This document shows positions 11,818-25,330 of a stretch of DNA of 64,000 bases, piece after piece. The notes beneath the pieces were generated by a model, which was not told where the DNA came from, did no database searches, and saw nothing but the letters and a program-made list of their open reading frames with translations. Within the stretch, counting starts at the first letter, position 1, and the number at the start of each line of letters is the position of its first letter. This stretch comes from Octopus sinensis (lineage: Eukaryota). The stretch spans positions 5,146 through 69,145 of the forward strand of contig NW_021835969.1 in assembly GCF_006345805.1 (NCBI RefSeq), in the 5' to 3' direction. The translations under genes were made by a program, and so were the position numbers.

Positions 11818-12765
11818 CTTCAAATTTTCTTCCGTTTCGCGCCGAGTGTCTTCCGTATGCCTAGAGCAGAGAAGGGCATTGTATGCATTCCCAGATTACA
11901 CGCGCAAATTCACAGATAAAATATGTATTTAAAAATGAATAAATAAATAAATTCATGGAAGGATGTTATTTTCACAGCGATAGTGCTCTTCTCAGTACAT
12001 GAGCCGTTCCAGTTAATACGATTTTTTGCACTTCCTGTAGGGATGGTAAGCCTGGAATCATTTTGAAATAGGTTTCAGTACCTTTTTTATCATTCCTAGA
12101 GTACATGCAATCACTGGTACTGTAGTCGCCTTGAGGTGCCACATTCTTTTCAATTTCTATTAGCAAGCCTTTATATTTACTGATCTTGTCAAATTCTTTC
12201 GCCGCTATATTGTGATCACAGGGAATACTCATGTCAATTAATAACACATCCTTTTTGTTTGATCTTTTATAATAATATCCGGTTTATTAACTTTTATACT
12301 TTTGTCGGTATGCACAGGGAAGTCCCATAGAATCGACACATTTTCTCCCTCAGTCACAGCTTCAGGATGGTGTTTATACCATTTGTCAGCGGTTTTGATT
12401 TTATAATGCCGACATATTGTCCAGTGTAAATACTGGCCGACTCTGTCATGTCTTGCTTTATATTCTACAGGTGCTAAGACACTGCACCCTGAGATTAGAT
12501 GGTCTATTGTTTCAATCTCAACGTGACAGAATCGGCATTTTGGGTCAGCTCTATTTTTTTTCCCATTGGCTTGGTAGTTCCGGGTAAATAAGATTTGGTC
12601 TAGTGAAGCTAATATGAAACCTTCACTCTCCGCTTTTAGCCCTGAGCTTCGTAACCATTGGTGCGTGTGTTTCTGGTCGACATCAACTTGTTTGCTACGG
12701 GCAACATACATGCCATGCAGAGGTTTCTGTTCCCATCTGCTAGCTAAATTTTCATGTGTTTTGTC

Positions 12766-12768
<3 letters not shown>
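11818..12768 (-). mobile_element. R4/Dong family 2, 5'-truncated, frameshifted
   Basis: ORFs 12238-12711 and 11972-12247 carry the CCHC finger and RLE, end RRALSL; distinct 3' UTR; TAA flanks. Confidence 0.85.
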
Positions 12769-12800
<32 letters not shown>

Positions 12801-12801
<1 letters not shown>

Positions 12802-13098
12802 GAGTGAGAGAGCAGTTCATGCCATCAAAGTGACACTGGGGTAAAATATACGAAGCCCAATATACCCATCATGACTACCAGTCTGATAAGGGTACACCAG
12901 GCACATGCATCACAACCATATGTGCGTGACATGGTGATCTCAAATCAAGATAAACAGCGCATGACCTTGCAGGTGGGGCCCAGTTAGAATTTTCTTCAGA
13001 TTTAGTAGCCCATCCCGCTCAAAAGGTCCCTGAATAAGGGTTGTTTAAGGATATTGAAAGAACCACCTATGCTTCTAGAGGTGAATTATTCAAACCCC
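12801..13098. repeat. Interspersed repeat next to a TAA tract; second, longer copy at 27006-27520
   Basis: GAGTGAGAGAGCAG..CATGCCATCAAAGTGACACTGGGG... is near-identical at both sites. Confidence 0.7.
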
Positions 13099-13177
13099 AT
13101 TATTATTATTACTATTTTTATTATATCTTGAAACCAGTTACACCTATACGCGTGATGTTTTCTATTGTTTTACTTAC

Positions 13178-13294
13178 CAATGCATGTTGTTCCGCTGAAC
13201 TCGAACCCTGGATTACAGCTACATGTGTAGGATCCTATTTTGTTGGTGCATATTCCCTGTGCCCCGCATGGGTCTGCTGTGCACTCGTCTATGT
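13178..13294 (-). CDS. cbEGF exon A1: [39 protein letters not shown]
   Basis: 117 nt, TTTTCAG acceptor, G|GTAAGT donor, phase 1-1, six Cys, cbEGF consensus. Confidence 0.9.
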
Positions 13295-13336
13295 CTGAAA
13301 AGTAAAACAATTTTATTGCATGGATATAATACTTGT

Positions 13337-13383
<47 letters not shown>

Positions 13384-13422
13384 TATCATCGTCATCAATC
13401 ATCTTCATCAATCATCATCATC

Positions 13423-13466
<44 letters not shown>

Positions 13467-13558
13467 ATCATCAATCTTCAGTAATTATCATCATCATCAT
13501 CATCATCACCATCATCATGAACATCATCGACATCATTATTATCATTATTATCATTATC

Positions 13559-13607
<49 letters not shown>

Positions 13608-13658
13608 ACTCGAAACCAGTTACACCTATGCACGTGATGTCTATTCTGCTTTACTTAC

Positions 13659-13775
13659 CAATGCAAATTCTGCCGTTCAACTCGAACCCTGGAATGCAGG
13701 CACATGTGAAGGATCCTGGTGTGTTGGTGCAATCCTCATTTATCCCGCATGGCCAACCAGTGCACTCGTCTATGT
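13659..13775 (-). CDS. cbEGF exon B1: [39 protein letters not shown]
   Basis: 117 nt, AG/GTAAGT, phase 1-1, six Cys. Confidence 0.9.
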
Positions 13776-13901
13776 CTGGAAAGTAAAACAATTTTATTGC
13801 GTGAATATAATACTTATGTTTCATCATCAATCATCCTCATCAAACTTCCTCATCAATCATCTTATGTTTCATCATCATCAATCATCATCATCATAATCAT
13901 C

Positions 13902-13943
<42 letters not shown>

Positions 13944-14017
13944 AATCATCATCATTATCATCATCATCATCCCCATCATCATCAACATCATCGACATCAT
14001 CATCATCATCATTATTA

Positions 14018-14067
<50 letters not shown>

Positions 14068-14136
14068 TTATTATTTTTATTATATCTTGAAACCAGTTAC
14101 ACCTATACGCGTGATGTTGTCTATTGTTTTACTTAC

Positions 14137-14253
14137 CAATGCATGTTGTTCCGCTGAACTCGAACCCTGGATTACAGCTACATGTGTAGGATCCTATTTT
14201 GTTGGTGCATATTCCCTGTGCCCCGCATGGGTCTGCTGTGCACTCGTCTATGT
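14137..14253 (-). CDS. cbEGF exon A2 (same peptide as A1)
   Basis: 117 nt, AG/GTAAGT, phase 1-1. Confidence 0.9.
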
Positions 14254-14387
14254 CTGAAAAGTAAAACAATTTTATTGCATGATATAATACTTGTTTCATC
14301 ATCATCAATCATCATCATCATCATCATCATCATCAATCATCATTATCATCGTCATCACCAATATCATCTTCATCAATCATCATCATC

Positions 14388-14420
<33 letters not shown>

Positions 14421-14524
14421 TCATCATCATCAATCATCAATCTTCAGTAATTATCATCATCATCATCATCATCACCATCATCATGAACATCATCGACATC
14501 ATTATTATCATTATTATCATTATC

Positions 14525-14558
<34 letters not shown>

Positions 14559-14648
14559 TATTATTATTATTATTATTATATTATTATTATTACTATAACT
14601 CGAAACCAGTTACACCTATGCACGTGATGTCTATTCTGCTTTACTTAC

Positions 14649-14765
14649 CAATGCAAATTCTGCCGTTCAACTCGAACCCTGGAATGCAGGCACATGTGAA
14701 GGATCCTGGTGTGTTGGTGCAATCCTCATTTATCCCGCATGGCCAACCAGTGCACTCGTCTATGT
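14649..14765 (-). CDS. cbEGF exon B2 (same peptide as B1)
   Basis: 117 nt, AG/GTAAGT, phase 1-1. Confidence 0.9.
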
Positions 14766-14889
14766 CTGGAAAGTAAAACAATTTTATTGCGTGAATATAA
14801 TACTTGTTTCATCATCAATCATCCTCATCAAACTTCCTCATCAATCATCTTATGTTTCATCATCATCAATCATCATCATCATAATCATC

Positions 14890-14934
<45 letters not shown>

Positions 14935-15010
14935 AATCATCATCATTATCATCATCATCATCATCCCCATCATCATCAACATCATCGACATCATCATCAT
15001 CATCATCATC

Positions 15011-15576
15011 ATCGTTCTTCTCCATGAATGCATATGTTTTCTCCGCCAGGATAGATGTTAGGATTTTATACGTGGTGGATAGACAGGTTATAGGCCGATA
15101 GTTTTTTGGAAGGTTGGTTTCGTTATTCTTTGGGAGTAGGTAAGTAATGCCACTTGCTAACCATTCAGGTGTTTTCTTTGGGTCTCTCATAATTCCATTG
15201 AGCAGCTGAACTAGCTTACCGTGTGCGCATGGGAGCGATGCGAGCCAGAAATTCGGCAACCTATCTTTACCGGGGGATTTCCAATTATGGGCCTTCATGA
15301 GTGCCTTTCTTAGGTCTGTTATTGTGATGTCTTCCCATGCTTGTTGTTGTAAATTTTGGTAGGATCCTTCAGTTTGTATAATCCAGTCTGCATTTATGTT
15401 GTACGTCTTCTTGTCACTCCAAATCCTTTTCCAAAAGTTTTGAACTTCTTCCATGGGAGGGGTGTCTTTAACGGTTACTTTCTCCTTCCCTATTTCTCTG
15501 TAGAATTTTTTGGCATTGGATGTGAACAGCTTATTTTGCTTGTAAAACTTGTTTCTCTTCTCAAATCTTCGTATTC

Positions 15577-15579
<3 letters not shown>
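15011..15579 (-). mobile_element. Internal RT fragment of R4/Dong family 1 lacking both ends
   Basis: Near-identical to ~21270-21835; bounded by CAT and TAT repeats. Confidence 0.85.
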
Positions 15580-15614
<35 letters not shown>

Positions 15615-15642
15615 TATTATATTATTATTATTATTATTATTA

Positions 15643-15668
<26 letters not shown>

Positions 15669-15673
<5 letters not shown>

Positions 15674-16049
15674 TAGTTTTATTTTTTATAGCGTGCTTTC
15701 ACTTCACTACCGAGCACAGCTCTGTGTGCCTTGGGTATGTGCTGTGATTTGTTGTGATGCTCTGATGGTTATTGTATGGAAAGTGTTCTGCGTAGGATGT
15801 GTGCAGTGCCTAGTAGTGCAATTTTCTGTATGTTATATGTGTTTGTAAGTCCTGGTGTTTTTGTTATGTATTTGTCTGAATATTTTTTTATCATGCCTAA
15901 TGCACCTACTATGATAGGAATTGTTTCTGTTTTCAGATTCCACATTCTAGTTACCTCTATTTCCAGGTCTTTGTATTTTGAGAGTTTCTCCATTACTTTT
16001 AGAGCACGTTGTCATCAGCCGGTATTGATACATCAATTAGAAAGCATTA
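15669..16049 (-). mobile_element. R4/Dong family 3, short 3' fragment
   Basis: ORF 15769-15993 ends RRTLSIQ; family 3 3' UTR; TAA flanks. Confidence 0.85.
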
Positions 16050-16064
16050 TTATTATTATTATTA

Positions 16065-16177
<113 letters not shown>

Positions 16178-16238
16178 TTTATTATATCTTGAAACCAGTT
16201 ACACCTATACGCGTGATGTTGTCTATTGTTTTACTTAC

Positions 16239-16355
16239 CAATGCATGTTGTTCCGCTGAACTCGAACCCTGGATTACAGACACATGTGTAGGATCCTGGT
16301 GTGTTGGTGCATGTCCCCTGTGCCCCGCATGGGTCTGCTGTGCACTCGTCTATGT
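16239..16355 (-). CDS. cbEGF exon A3: [39 protein letters not shown]
   Basis: 117 nt, AG/GTAAGT, phase 1-1. Confidence 0.9.
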
Positions 16356-16517
16356 CTGAAAAGTAAAACAATTTTATGGCATGGATATAATACTTATGTT
16401 TCATCATCATCAATCATCATTATCAATCATCTTCACCAATCATCATCATCAATCATCAATCATCACCAATCATCATCATTATCATCATCATCATCCCCAT
16501 CATCATCAACATCATCA

Positions 16518-16589
<72 letters not shown>

Positions 16590-16595
16590 TTATTA

Positions 16596-17552
16596 GATAT
16601 GTTTCGACCAAAGATTGGTCCAGGCCATGTCTAACTTAATAGCACCACCTGATAGGATTATTCGAATCCTGTTTAAGTCAAGTTTTTTTTAAGTCAAGTT
16701 TTGTTCAAGTAGTGAGTTCTTGTTGGGTGAGTTGTATCCAGTTTTGTTCAAGTAGTGAGTTCTTGTTGGGTGAGTTATATCCAGTTTTGTTCAAGTAGTG
16801 ATTTCTTGCTGGGTGAGTTGTATCCAGTTTTGTTCAAGTAGTGATTTCTTGCTGGGTGAGTTGTATCCAGTTTTGTTCAAGTAGTGAGTCCTTGTTGGGT
16901 GAGTTGTATCCTGTTTTGTTCAAGTAGTGATTTCTTGCTGGGTGAGTTGTATCCAGTTTTGTTCAAGTAGTGAGTCCTTGTTGGGTGAGTTGTATCCTGT
17001 TTTGTTCAAGTAGTGATTTCTTGCTGGGTGAGTTATATCCAGTTTTGTTCAAGTAGTGATTTCTTGCTGGGTGAGTTGTATCCAGTTTTGTTCAAGTAGT
17101 GAGTTCTTGTTGGGTGAGTTGTATCCAGTTTTGTTCAAGTAGTGATTTCTTGTTGGGTGAGTTGTATCCAGTTTTGTTCAAGTAGTGAGTTCTTCTGGGT
17201 GAGTTGTATCCAGTTTTGTTCAAGTAGTGATTTCTTGCTGGGTGAGTTGTATCCAGTTTTCTTCAAGTAGTGATTTCTTGCTGGTGAGTTGTATCCAGTT
17301 TTGTTCAAGTAGTGAGTTCTTGTTGGGTGAGTTGTATCCAGTTTTGTTCAAGTAGTGAGTTCTTCTGGGTGAGTTGTATCCAGTTTTGTTCAAGTAGTGA
17401 TTTCTTGTTGGGTGAGTTGTATCCAATTATGGGTGGCTTATTTGGTATTCTTTGAAGGAATCTATCCAGACTCTGTTTGAAGTTGGTGGGATCCTTTTCC
17501 TCTTCGATCTCCCTCGGGACAATGTTAAATAGGGCAGGGCCTGTTGAGGAAA
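16596..17552 (-). mobile_element. CR1-type LINE 3' end containing a 43-bp minisatellite
   Basis: Minus strand reads GPALFNIVPREI...FKQSLDRFLQRIPNKPPIIGYNSPNKNSLLEQ, then a 3' UTR ending at a TAA tract. Confidence 0.7.
16698..17426. repeat. 43-bp minisatellite, about 17 units
   Basis: Unit AGTTTTGTTCAAGTAGTGA(G/T)TTCTTG(T/C)TGGGTGAGTTGTATCC. Confidence 0.95.
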
Positions 17553-17633
17553 AGAAATGATGTTGCAGTGTACTTTTTATATCTTGAAACCAGTTACACC
17601 TATACGCGTGATGTTGTCTATTGTTTTACTTAC

Positions 17634-17750
17634 CAATGCATGTTGTTTCGCTGAACTCGAACCCTGGATTACAGACACATGTGTAGGATCCTGGTGTGTT
17701 GGTGCATTTCCCCTGTGCCCCGCATGGGTCTGCTGTGCACTCGTCTATGT
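17634..17750 (-). CDS. cbEGF exon A4: [39 protein letters not shown]
   Basis: 117 nt, AG/GTAAGT, phase 1-1. Confidence 0.9.
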
Positions 17751-17876
17751 CTGAAAAGTAAAACAATTTTATTGCATGGATATAATACTTGTTTCATCAT
17801 CATCATCAATCATCATCACATCATCATCATCATCATCTTCATCAATCATCTTCATCAATCATCATCATCAATCATC

Positions 17877-17930
<54 letters not shown>

Positions 17931-17974
17931 TCATCATCATCAATCATCATCATCAATCATCAATCATCATCATC

Positions 17975-18006
<32 letters not shown>

Positions 18007-18214
18007 ATCATATTCATCAATCATCATCATCAATCATCAATCATCAATCATCATCATCATCATCATCATCATCAATCATCATCACAATCGTCATCAATCA
18101 ACTTCAATCATCATCATCAATCATCAATCATCATCATCAACATCATCATCATCATCACCATCATCATGAACATCATCGACATCATTATTATCTTTATTAT
18201 TTCTATTATTATCA

Positions 18215-18268
<54 letters not shown>

Positions 18269-18336
18269 TTATTATTATTATTATAACTCGAAACCAGTTA
18301 CACCTATACACGTGATGTCTATTCTGCTTTACTTAC

Positions 18337-18453
18337 CAACGCAAGTTACTACGTCGAACTCGAACCCTGGACTGCAGGCACATGTGAAGGATCCTGCTAT
18401 GTTGGTGCATGTTCTCTGTGCCACGCATGGGTCATCTGTGCACTCGTCTATGT
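18337..18453 (-). CDS. cbEGF exon B3: DIDECTDDPCVAQRTCTNIAGSFTCACSPGFEFDVVTCV
   Basis: 117 nt, TAG acceptor, GTAAGT donor, phase 1-1. Confidence 0.88.
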
Positions 18454-18687
18454 CTAGAAAGTAAAAAAATTTTATTGCGTGAATATAATACTTATGTTTC
18501 ATCATCAATCATCTTCATCAAACTTCCTCATCAATCATCTTCATCAATCATCACCAATCATAATCATCATCATCATAATCAATCATCATCATCAATCATC
18601 ATTAATCATCATCATCATTATTCATCACCATCATCATCATCATAATCATCATCATTATCATCATCATCATCCCCATCATCATCATCA

Positions 18688-18719
<32 letters not shown>

Positions 18720-18780
18720 TTTATTATATCTTGAAACCAGTTACACCTATACGCGTGATGTTGTCTATTGTTTTACTTAC

Positions 18781-18897
18781 CAATGCATGTTGTTCCGCTG
18801 AACTCGAACCCTGGATTACAGACACATGTGTAGGATCCTGGTGTGTTGGTGCATGTCCCCTGTGGCCCGCATGGGTCTGCTGTGCACTCGTCTATGT
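18781..18897 (-). CDS. cbEGF exon A5: [39 protein letters not shown]
   Basis: 117 nt, AG/GTAAGT, phase 1-1. Confidence 0.9.
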
Positions 18898-19137
18898 CTG
18901 AAAAGTAAAACAATTTTATTGCATGGATATAATACTTATGTTTCATCATCATCAATCATCATTATCAATCATATTCACCAATCATCAGAATCAATCATCA
19001 ATCATCACCAATCAACATCATATCATCATCCCCATCATCATTAACATCATCATCATCATCATCATCATCATCCCTATCATCATGAACATCATCGACATCA
19101 TTATCATCATTATTATTATATTATTACATTTTTTCTT

Positions 19138-22100
19138 CTTTCAAATTTGCTTCCATTTCTTGCCGAGTGTCTTCCCGACTCCTAGGGCAAAGAAACTCAT
19201 AGTATACATTGGTAGGCCATTAAACCAAACTCAATAGTTTTTTTTTAAAGTTAAATTAAAATACATGATCAGCAACAGTTCTCACATCGACAATGCTCTT
19301 CTCAATATGTGTGATGTACCAGTTAAGACAATCTTTTGCACTTCTTGCAGGGATGGTAAGCCAGGGATCATTCTCATATAATTTTCGGTTCCCTTCTTGA
19401 TCATTCCTAGTGCTCCTACGATCACTGGTATTGTAACCGCCTTGAGATGCCACATTTTCTCAATTTCAATGAGTAGGTCTTTATATTTTCTGAGCTTGTC
19501 AAACTCTTTCGCTGAGATATTATGATCACAGGGGATGCTCATGTCGATCAATAAGCAAACTTTATTGTTTTGGTCTTTCATAACAATATCTGGTTTATTG
19601 GCCTTGATGGTTCGGTCTGTATGTACTGGAAAGTCCCACAGAATGGTTACATTTTCTCCTTCAGTTACAGCTACAGGGTGGTGATTATACCACTTGTCGG
19701 CAGTTTTGATATTGTAATGCCGACTTATTAGCCAGTGTAGATATTGGCCAACTCTGTCATGTCTTAATTTATACTCCACTGGTGCTAAGACTTTACATCC
19801 AGAGATTAGATGGTCCACTGTTTCAATCATGTCGTTGCAGAATCGGCATTTTGGGTCTGCTCCATTTTTCATCACATTGGCCTGGTAGTTCCGGGTTAAT
19901 ACGCTTTGATCTTGAGCAGCCAGGATGAAACCTTCGCTCTCTGCTTTTAGCCCTGAGCTCCGTAGCCACTGATGGGTTTACTTCTGGTCAACATCAGCTT
20001 GTTTGCTGTGGGTCACATATTTGCCGTGCAGAGGTTTCTCCTCCCACCTATCAGCCAATTGCTCGTGCGCTTTTTTCATTGCCATCATTTTCACCTTCTT
20101 TGCAACAATAGTTGCCGTACTTCCCTCGGGTTGTTCAGTTTGGGTATCCTGCACGAGATCAATAGCAAATCTTTTGCTTTCCTTTATGATAGAATGAAGC
20201 TTCTTTCGTCTCTCGTGATTTTCCACGAGCTTTAGCATCCAGTCATTCGATATTTCGAGATATTTGGCCAGTCCAATTGTGGTTGTTTTGTAAGCTAGTT
20301 CAAATTGGATCAGGCCTCGACCTCCTTGGGCTCTGGGAAGGTAAAGGCGATCTACGTCTGCCTTTGGGTGGTGCATCCTATTACAACTCAGCAGCTTGCG
20401 TATTTTTCTATCTATATTCTTTACTTCACTCATATTCCAGTTCAACACATTGTAGCTATAAGTAACAACTGGAACTGCTAAGGAATTTATAGCTAACACC
20501 TTGTTACGTGCATTTAGTTCAGATTTCAGGACTGCACGAACTCTCCTATAACATTCCTTCCTGATTTTCTCTTACATGCTTGCATGCTGAATACCAGAGC
20601 CTTCATTTATCCCTAAATATTTGTATGTTTGTTCTTGCTCAAGCTCTCCTATGACTGTGTCAACATCTAACACGACTGAATTTGTGGTCTTCACTTTCCC
20701 TTTCTGGAAAGTGACCTTGGCACACTTCTCAAGTCCAAACTCCATCCCGATGTCATCGCTGAATGCTTTCACAGTGCACAATAGGCCTTCAAGTTCATTA
20801 TTGTCTTTACCATAAAGTTTTAAGTCATCCATATAAAATAGATGGCTTATTTTTTTATTGGCAATTTTATACCCATACCCTGTTCTGTTTAATTCACTTG
20901 TAAGGGGTATTAGGGCTATGCAGAATATTAAAGGTGAAAGTGAGTCACCTTGAAAAATTCCACAGTTGATGTTTATATTTTCTGAGGCAAGTACTCCATT
21001 AGAGTGGTATAATTGGAGATATGTATTCCACAACGGCATATTGTGCTTCAGGAAGTTTGAAATCACAGGGGAAATTTTGAAGATGTCCAGCGATCTCAAG
21101 ATCCATGGATGCGGTAAACTGTCGAAGGCCTTTTTATAGTCAATCCATGCGGTGCTGAGATTTCTGCGCTTGTTGTGACAGTTCTCAAGGATCATACGAT
21201 TGATTAGCAGTTGATCTTTGCATCCGTAAGAGCCTCGGCGGCACCCTTTTTGTTCAATGGGGAAAATATCGTTCTTCTCCATGAATGCATATGTTTTCTC
21301 CGCCAGGATAGATGTTAGGATTTTATACGTGGTGGATAGACAGGTTATAGGCCGATAGTTTTTTGGAAGGTTGGTTTCGTTATTTTTTGGGAGTAGGTAA
21401 GTAATGCCACTTGCTAACCATTCAGGTGTTTTCTTTGGGTCTCTCATAATTCCATTGAGCAGCTGAACTAGCTTACCGTGTGCGCATGGGAGCGATGCGA
21501 GCCAGAAATTCGGCACCCTATCTTTACCGGGGGATTTCCAATTATGGGCCTTCGTGAGTGCCTTTCTTAGGTCTGCTATTGTGATGTCTTCCCATGCTCG
21601 TTGTTGTAAATTTTGGTAGGATCCTTCAGTTTGTATAATCCAGTCTGCATTTATGTTGTACGTCTTCTTGTCACTCCAAATCCTTTTCCAAAAGTTTTGA
21701 ACTTCTTCCATGGGAGGGGTGTCTTTAACGGTTACTTTCTCCTTCCCTATTTCTCTGTAGAATTTTTTGGCATTGGATGTGAACAGCTTATTTTGCTTGT
21801 AAAACTTGTTTCTCTTCTCAAATCTTCGTATTCTTTGGGCTTTTGCTTGGACTTTTTGTTTCAGCGTTTCTTTTATTGATATCAGTTCTTCCTTGGTGAG
21901 GATCCAAATTTTCTCTTCATCTTTCTTCCTGTTCTGGATCTTACATCATTTCCACATATTAGTTCATTTAATATTGATATTTCCCCTCTCATAAATTCAA
22001 TCTCTTTTTCAATTTTACTTCTCCAGTTTGATTTCTTCCCAGGTTTTGTTTTCTTTGTTTTTTCGGGGGCATACAGCTGGTTTCAATTGCCCTAGCAGAA

Positions 22101-23100
22101 GCGTAAATAATTTCATTTAACTCAGTAAAATCAGGTTTTAATTCTCGTATTATTTCATTTGTTACATAGTTGCCAATTTGGATTTGTTTTTTATTTTGGT
22201 TTGTATTTGAGAGTTTATGAAGTGGTTCTCTATCATTCATACTTGTATGTCTTACAACTTCAAGCGTATTCAGGATTTTCTGCCTCATTTCTGCCATAGA
22301 CTCTCTGTGTTCTTCAGCAAATGCGAGATCTTCAGTTACTGTTGTTTTTTCGTTTTCCTGGCTATCTTTAACAGGTACAACTTCAAGCGTATTCAGGATT
22401 TTCTGCCTCATTTCTGCCATAGACTCTCTGTGTTCTTCAGCAAATGCGAGATCTTCAGTTACTGTTGTTTTTTCGTTTTCCTGGCTATCTTTAACTGTAC
22501 AATAGAATTTCTTGTATCTTCAGGCCTTTGCGTACTTTGGTCAGATGGCAGTCTTTCAATTAAGCCTCGTGGTGGGCTATACTGTTCATCTGATTCTTCA
22601 TTTCCTTTGTGTATTATATTTATGTCATTTTCCGTTGCGTGCTTGATCGCACTTATTTCACTGTCTGTGAGTCTGTTATTTCTAAGGATATCCCTCCTCA
22701 CATTTGCTAATTTGTTCTCGTCCAAATAGGGCCTACTGTCTTGATTCCGTGTTCTCCATATACTGTAAGAGTTTGCGGTGTGTCTCTCTTGAGATGGCCT
22801 ACCTAATGCATAGTAATAAGCGTATATTACTTCTTTATACTCTTCTCGGGTCCATTTGTTCCACTTACATTTTTCTTTCTGTGGTGGTTGTGGTGGTGAA
22901 CTTGGAGGGCTCGAGTTGGGGGATTTCCCGTTCAAGTGACCATCCATGTCCGTATTCGGAGAAGAGTTTGTGCCAGATGATGACTTTTCGATCCCAGGCT
23001 GGCTCTTCCCTGGGGGACGCGCTTCCAGATTAACCATAGGACAAGCGATTTGGTATACTGATTTAGTTTTCCTTTTAGTTTCCAAAAACATTTTGGTGCT
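19138..23100 (-). mobile_element. R4/Dong family 1, near full length, multiply frameshifted
   Basis: ORF pieces 22459-23091, 21989-22420, 20572-21711 (NYRPITCL, AWIDYKKAFDS, GIFQGDSLSP, YMDDLKLY), 19978-20499, 19282-19875 (CCHC + RLE, RRALSM). Confidence 0.9.
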
Positions 23101-23265
23101 ACGATAATGTTATCATTTTTCAGCTTTGATTGGCTCGTGGGGAGACGGTCATCATTGCCGTTACAATTATAATCGTACCATTATAGCAGCCGTTGTCGGC
23201 TTATTATTGTTATTATCATCACCATTACCATCACTATCATCATTATCACCAACATTACCATCATA

Positions 23266-23296
<31 letters not shown>

Positions 23297-23300
<4 letters not shown>

Positions 23301-25330
23301 TAGTTTTATTTTTATAGCGTGCTTTCACTTCACTACCGAGCGCAGCTCTGTGTGCCTTGGGTATGTGCTGTGATTTGTTGTGATGCTCTGATGGTTATTG
23401 TATGGAAAGTGTTCTGCGTAGGATGTGTGCAGTGCCTAGTAGTGCAATTTTCTGTATGTTATATGTGTTTGTAAGTCCTGGTGTTTTTGTTATGTATTTG
23501 TCTGAATATTTTTTTATCATGCCTAATGCACCTACTATGATAGGAATTGTTTCTGTTTTCAGGTTCCACATTCTAGTTACCTCTATTTCCAGGTCTTTGT
23601 ATTTTGAGAGTTTCTCCATTTCTTTTAGAGACACGTTGTCATCTGCCGGTATTGATACCTCAATTAGAAAGCATTTTTTTTCTTCATGATCTCTGACAAC
23701 TATATCTGGTCTGTTGGCCTTAATTTCTCTATCTGTGTGTATCGGCATATCCCAGAGTATGGTGCTTTCTCGTTTTCTGTGACCTTTTCTGGTGTGTGCC
23801 TATACCATCTTTTTTCAGTTATTATTCCATAATGTTGGCATAGCTTCCAATGTATGTAGGTTCCAACTCTGTCATGTCTGTGAATATATTCCTTGTTAGC
23901 CAGGACTGGGCAGCTAGAGATAATATGATTTATTGTTTCTTGTCCATCTCCACATATTCTGCAGTTACTTGTAATATTTCTTTTCATTACATGTTTTTGG
24001 TAATTTCTGGTGGGGAGGCTTTGGTCTTGTGCTGCAATTAAAAATCCCTCTGTTTCTGCTTTGAGTCCTGAGCTTCTCAACCATTGCTGGGATTTTTCTT
24101 TGTCTATTTCTTTTGCGTTTAGTTTAGTGCAGTATTTACCATGAAGGGGCTTTTCTTGCCATCGTTTTATCATGGCTCGTTGCTGTTCTATTTTTAGTTT
24201 GGATTTCATTTGTTTTATAGCTTTTGTTGTTTCTTCATCATCTTCTCTTCTTCTTTGTGTTTATTAGGTGGTATGATTTCTTGTTTGTATTTGTCAGCTT
24301 CCTTAAATACTGAGAACAGTTTTTTGTTTTGCTCGTGTTTTGCTGCTATCTGGATCAGTTATGTTGTTTATAATTGGTGTTGTTATTGCGTTTATTTTTA
24401 TTCTTGGGAGGTATGGTCGGTGGTCCATTTTGAGCTCTGTGGTTTTTAGTTCTTTGATTATTTTATTTTTTATATTATCATAATCATTAGGCTCCCCTTC
24501 GTTGTTTACATCGTGTTTGTTGGAATGTTGCGTTTGTCTTCGTGTTTTACAGTTTCAGTGTTTATATTATTAGGCATTGTTGTGTGGCTTCTATCTACAT
24601 TTTCTTGGTGTATTTTTTCTTTTAAATGTTCTATTTCTATTTCTGATATTTTTTTGGCTTTGAGAATGTATCTTCGTACGTTAGCTAATTTATTAGGGTT
24701 CATTGCTGTATCCAAGTCTATACCTCTATTATTTTCCTTCCATATTTTATATGTATGTGTTGTTGTATTTTCATTTTGTGGGTAGAGCATTGCTGTGAAG
24801 TATGCGTGTAAGATAGAAATGTATTCCTCACGTGTCCATTTACGTCTTTTGGGTTTTATTTGCGGGACATGAGGTACAACGTCCGGTCCATTATTTTGAC
24901 GGTCGTCATTTTCGTAGGGTAGCGGTCCGTTTATTTCTGTTGTCACATTATTTCGCACGTGTAGTTTTTCGTACATTTTTTGTTGTAGGTTTAATGTACG
25001 TACCGCTCGATTGTTATTCTTGGGTTGAATAGTATCGGTGGCATTTAATTTCTTCGTAGTTCCTTGTACATGGTGTTTGAGGTCGGGGATGATCGTGTTG
25101 TTCCACGCATGTTTACATGTGTTGTGTTAGAGGTGGAGATAATATCGAGTCAAAATACATCATTTCGTTTCGAAAATAGTAATAAATTTCAATTCGTATT
25201 ACTTACTCGGATATAGTCCAATTCTTTGTTAGTAAATCTTTGGCATCATAGGGTGTCCTTGTTTTCGATGTTTGTGGATAGATTTCGAAGCTCTGTATTT
25301 TCCTTCTTACATCTTAAACGTCCCCGGTGT
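23297..25330 (-). mobile_element. R4/Dong family 3 with a large internal deletion (junction ~24360), retaining the 5' end
   Basis: 3' part encodes CCHC/RLE (RRTLSIQ); 24360-25000 matches the N-terminal region of the 34727-38570 copy; RT core absent. Confidence 0.8.

Noticed and set aside
16698-17426. CRISPR-like appearance of the 43-bp array
   Set aside because: No unique spacers, eukaryotic context, and the unit derives from a LINE.
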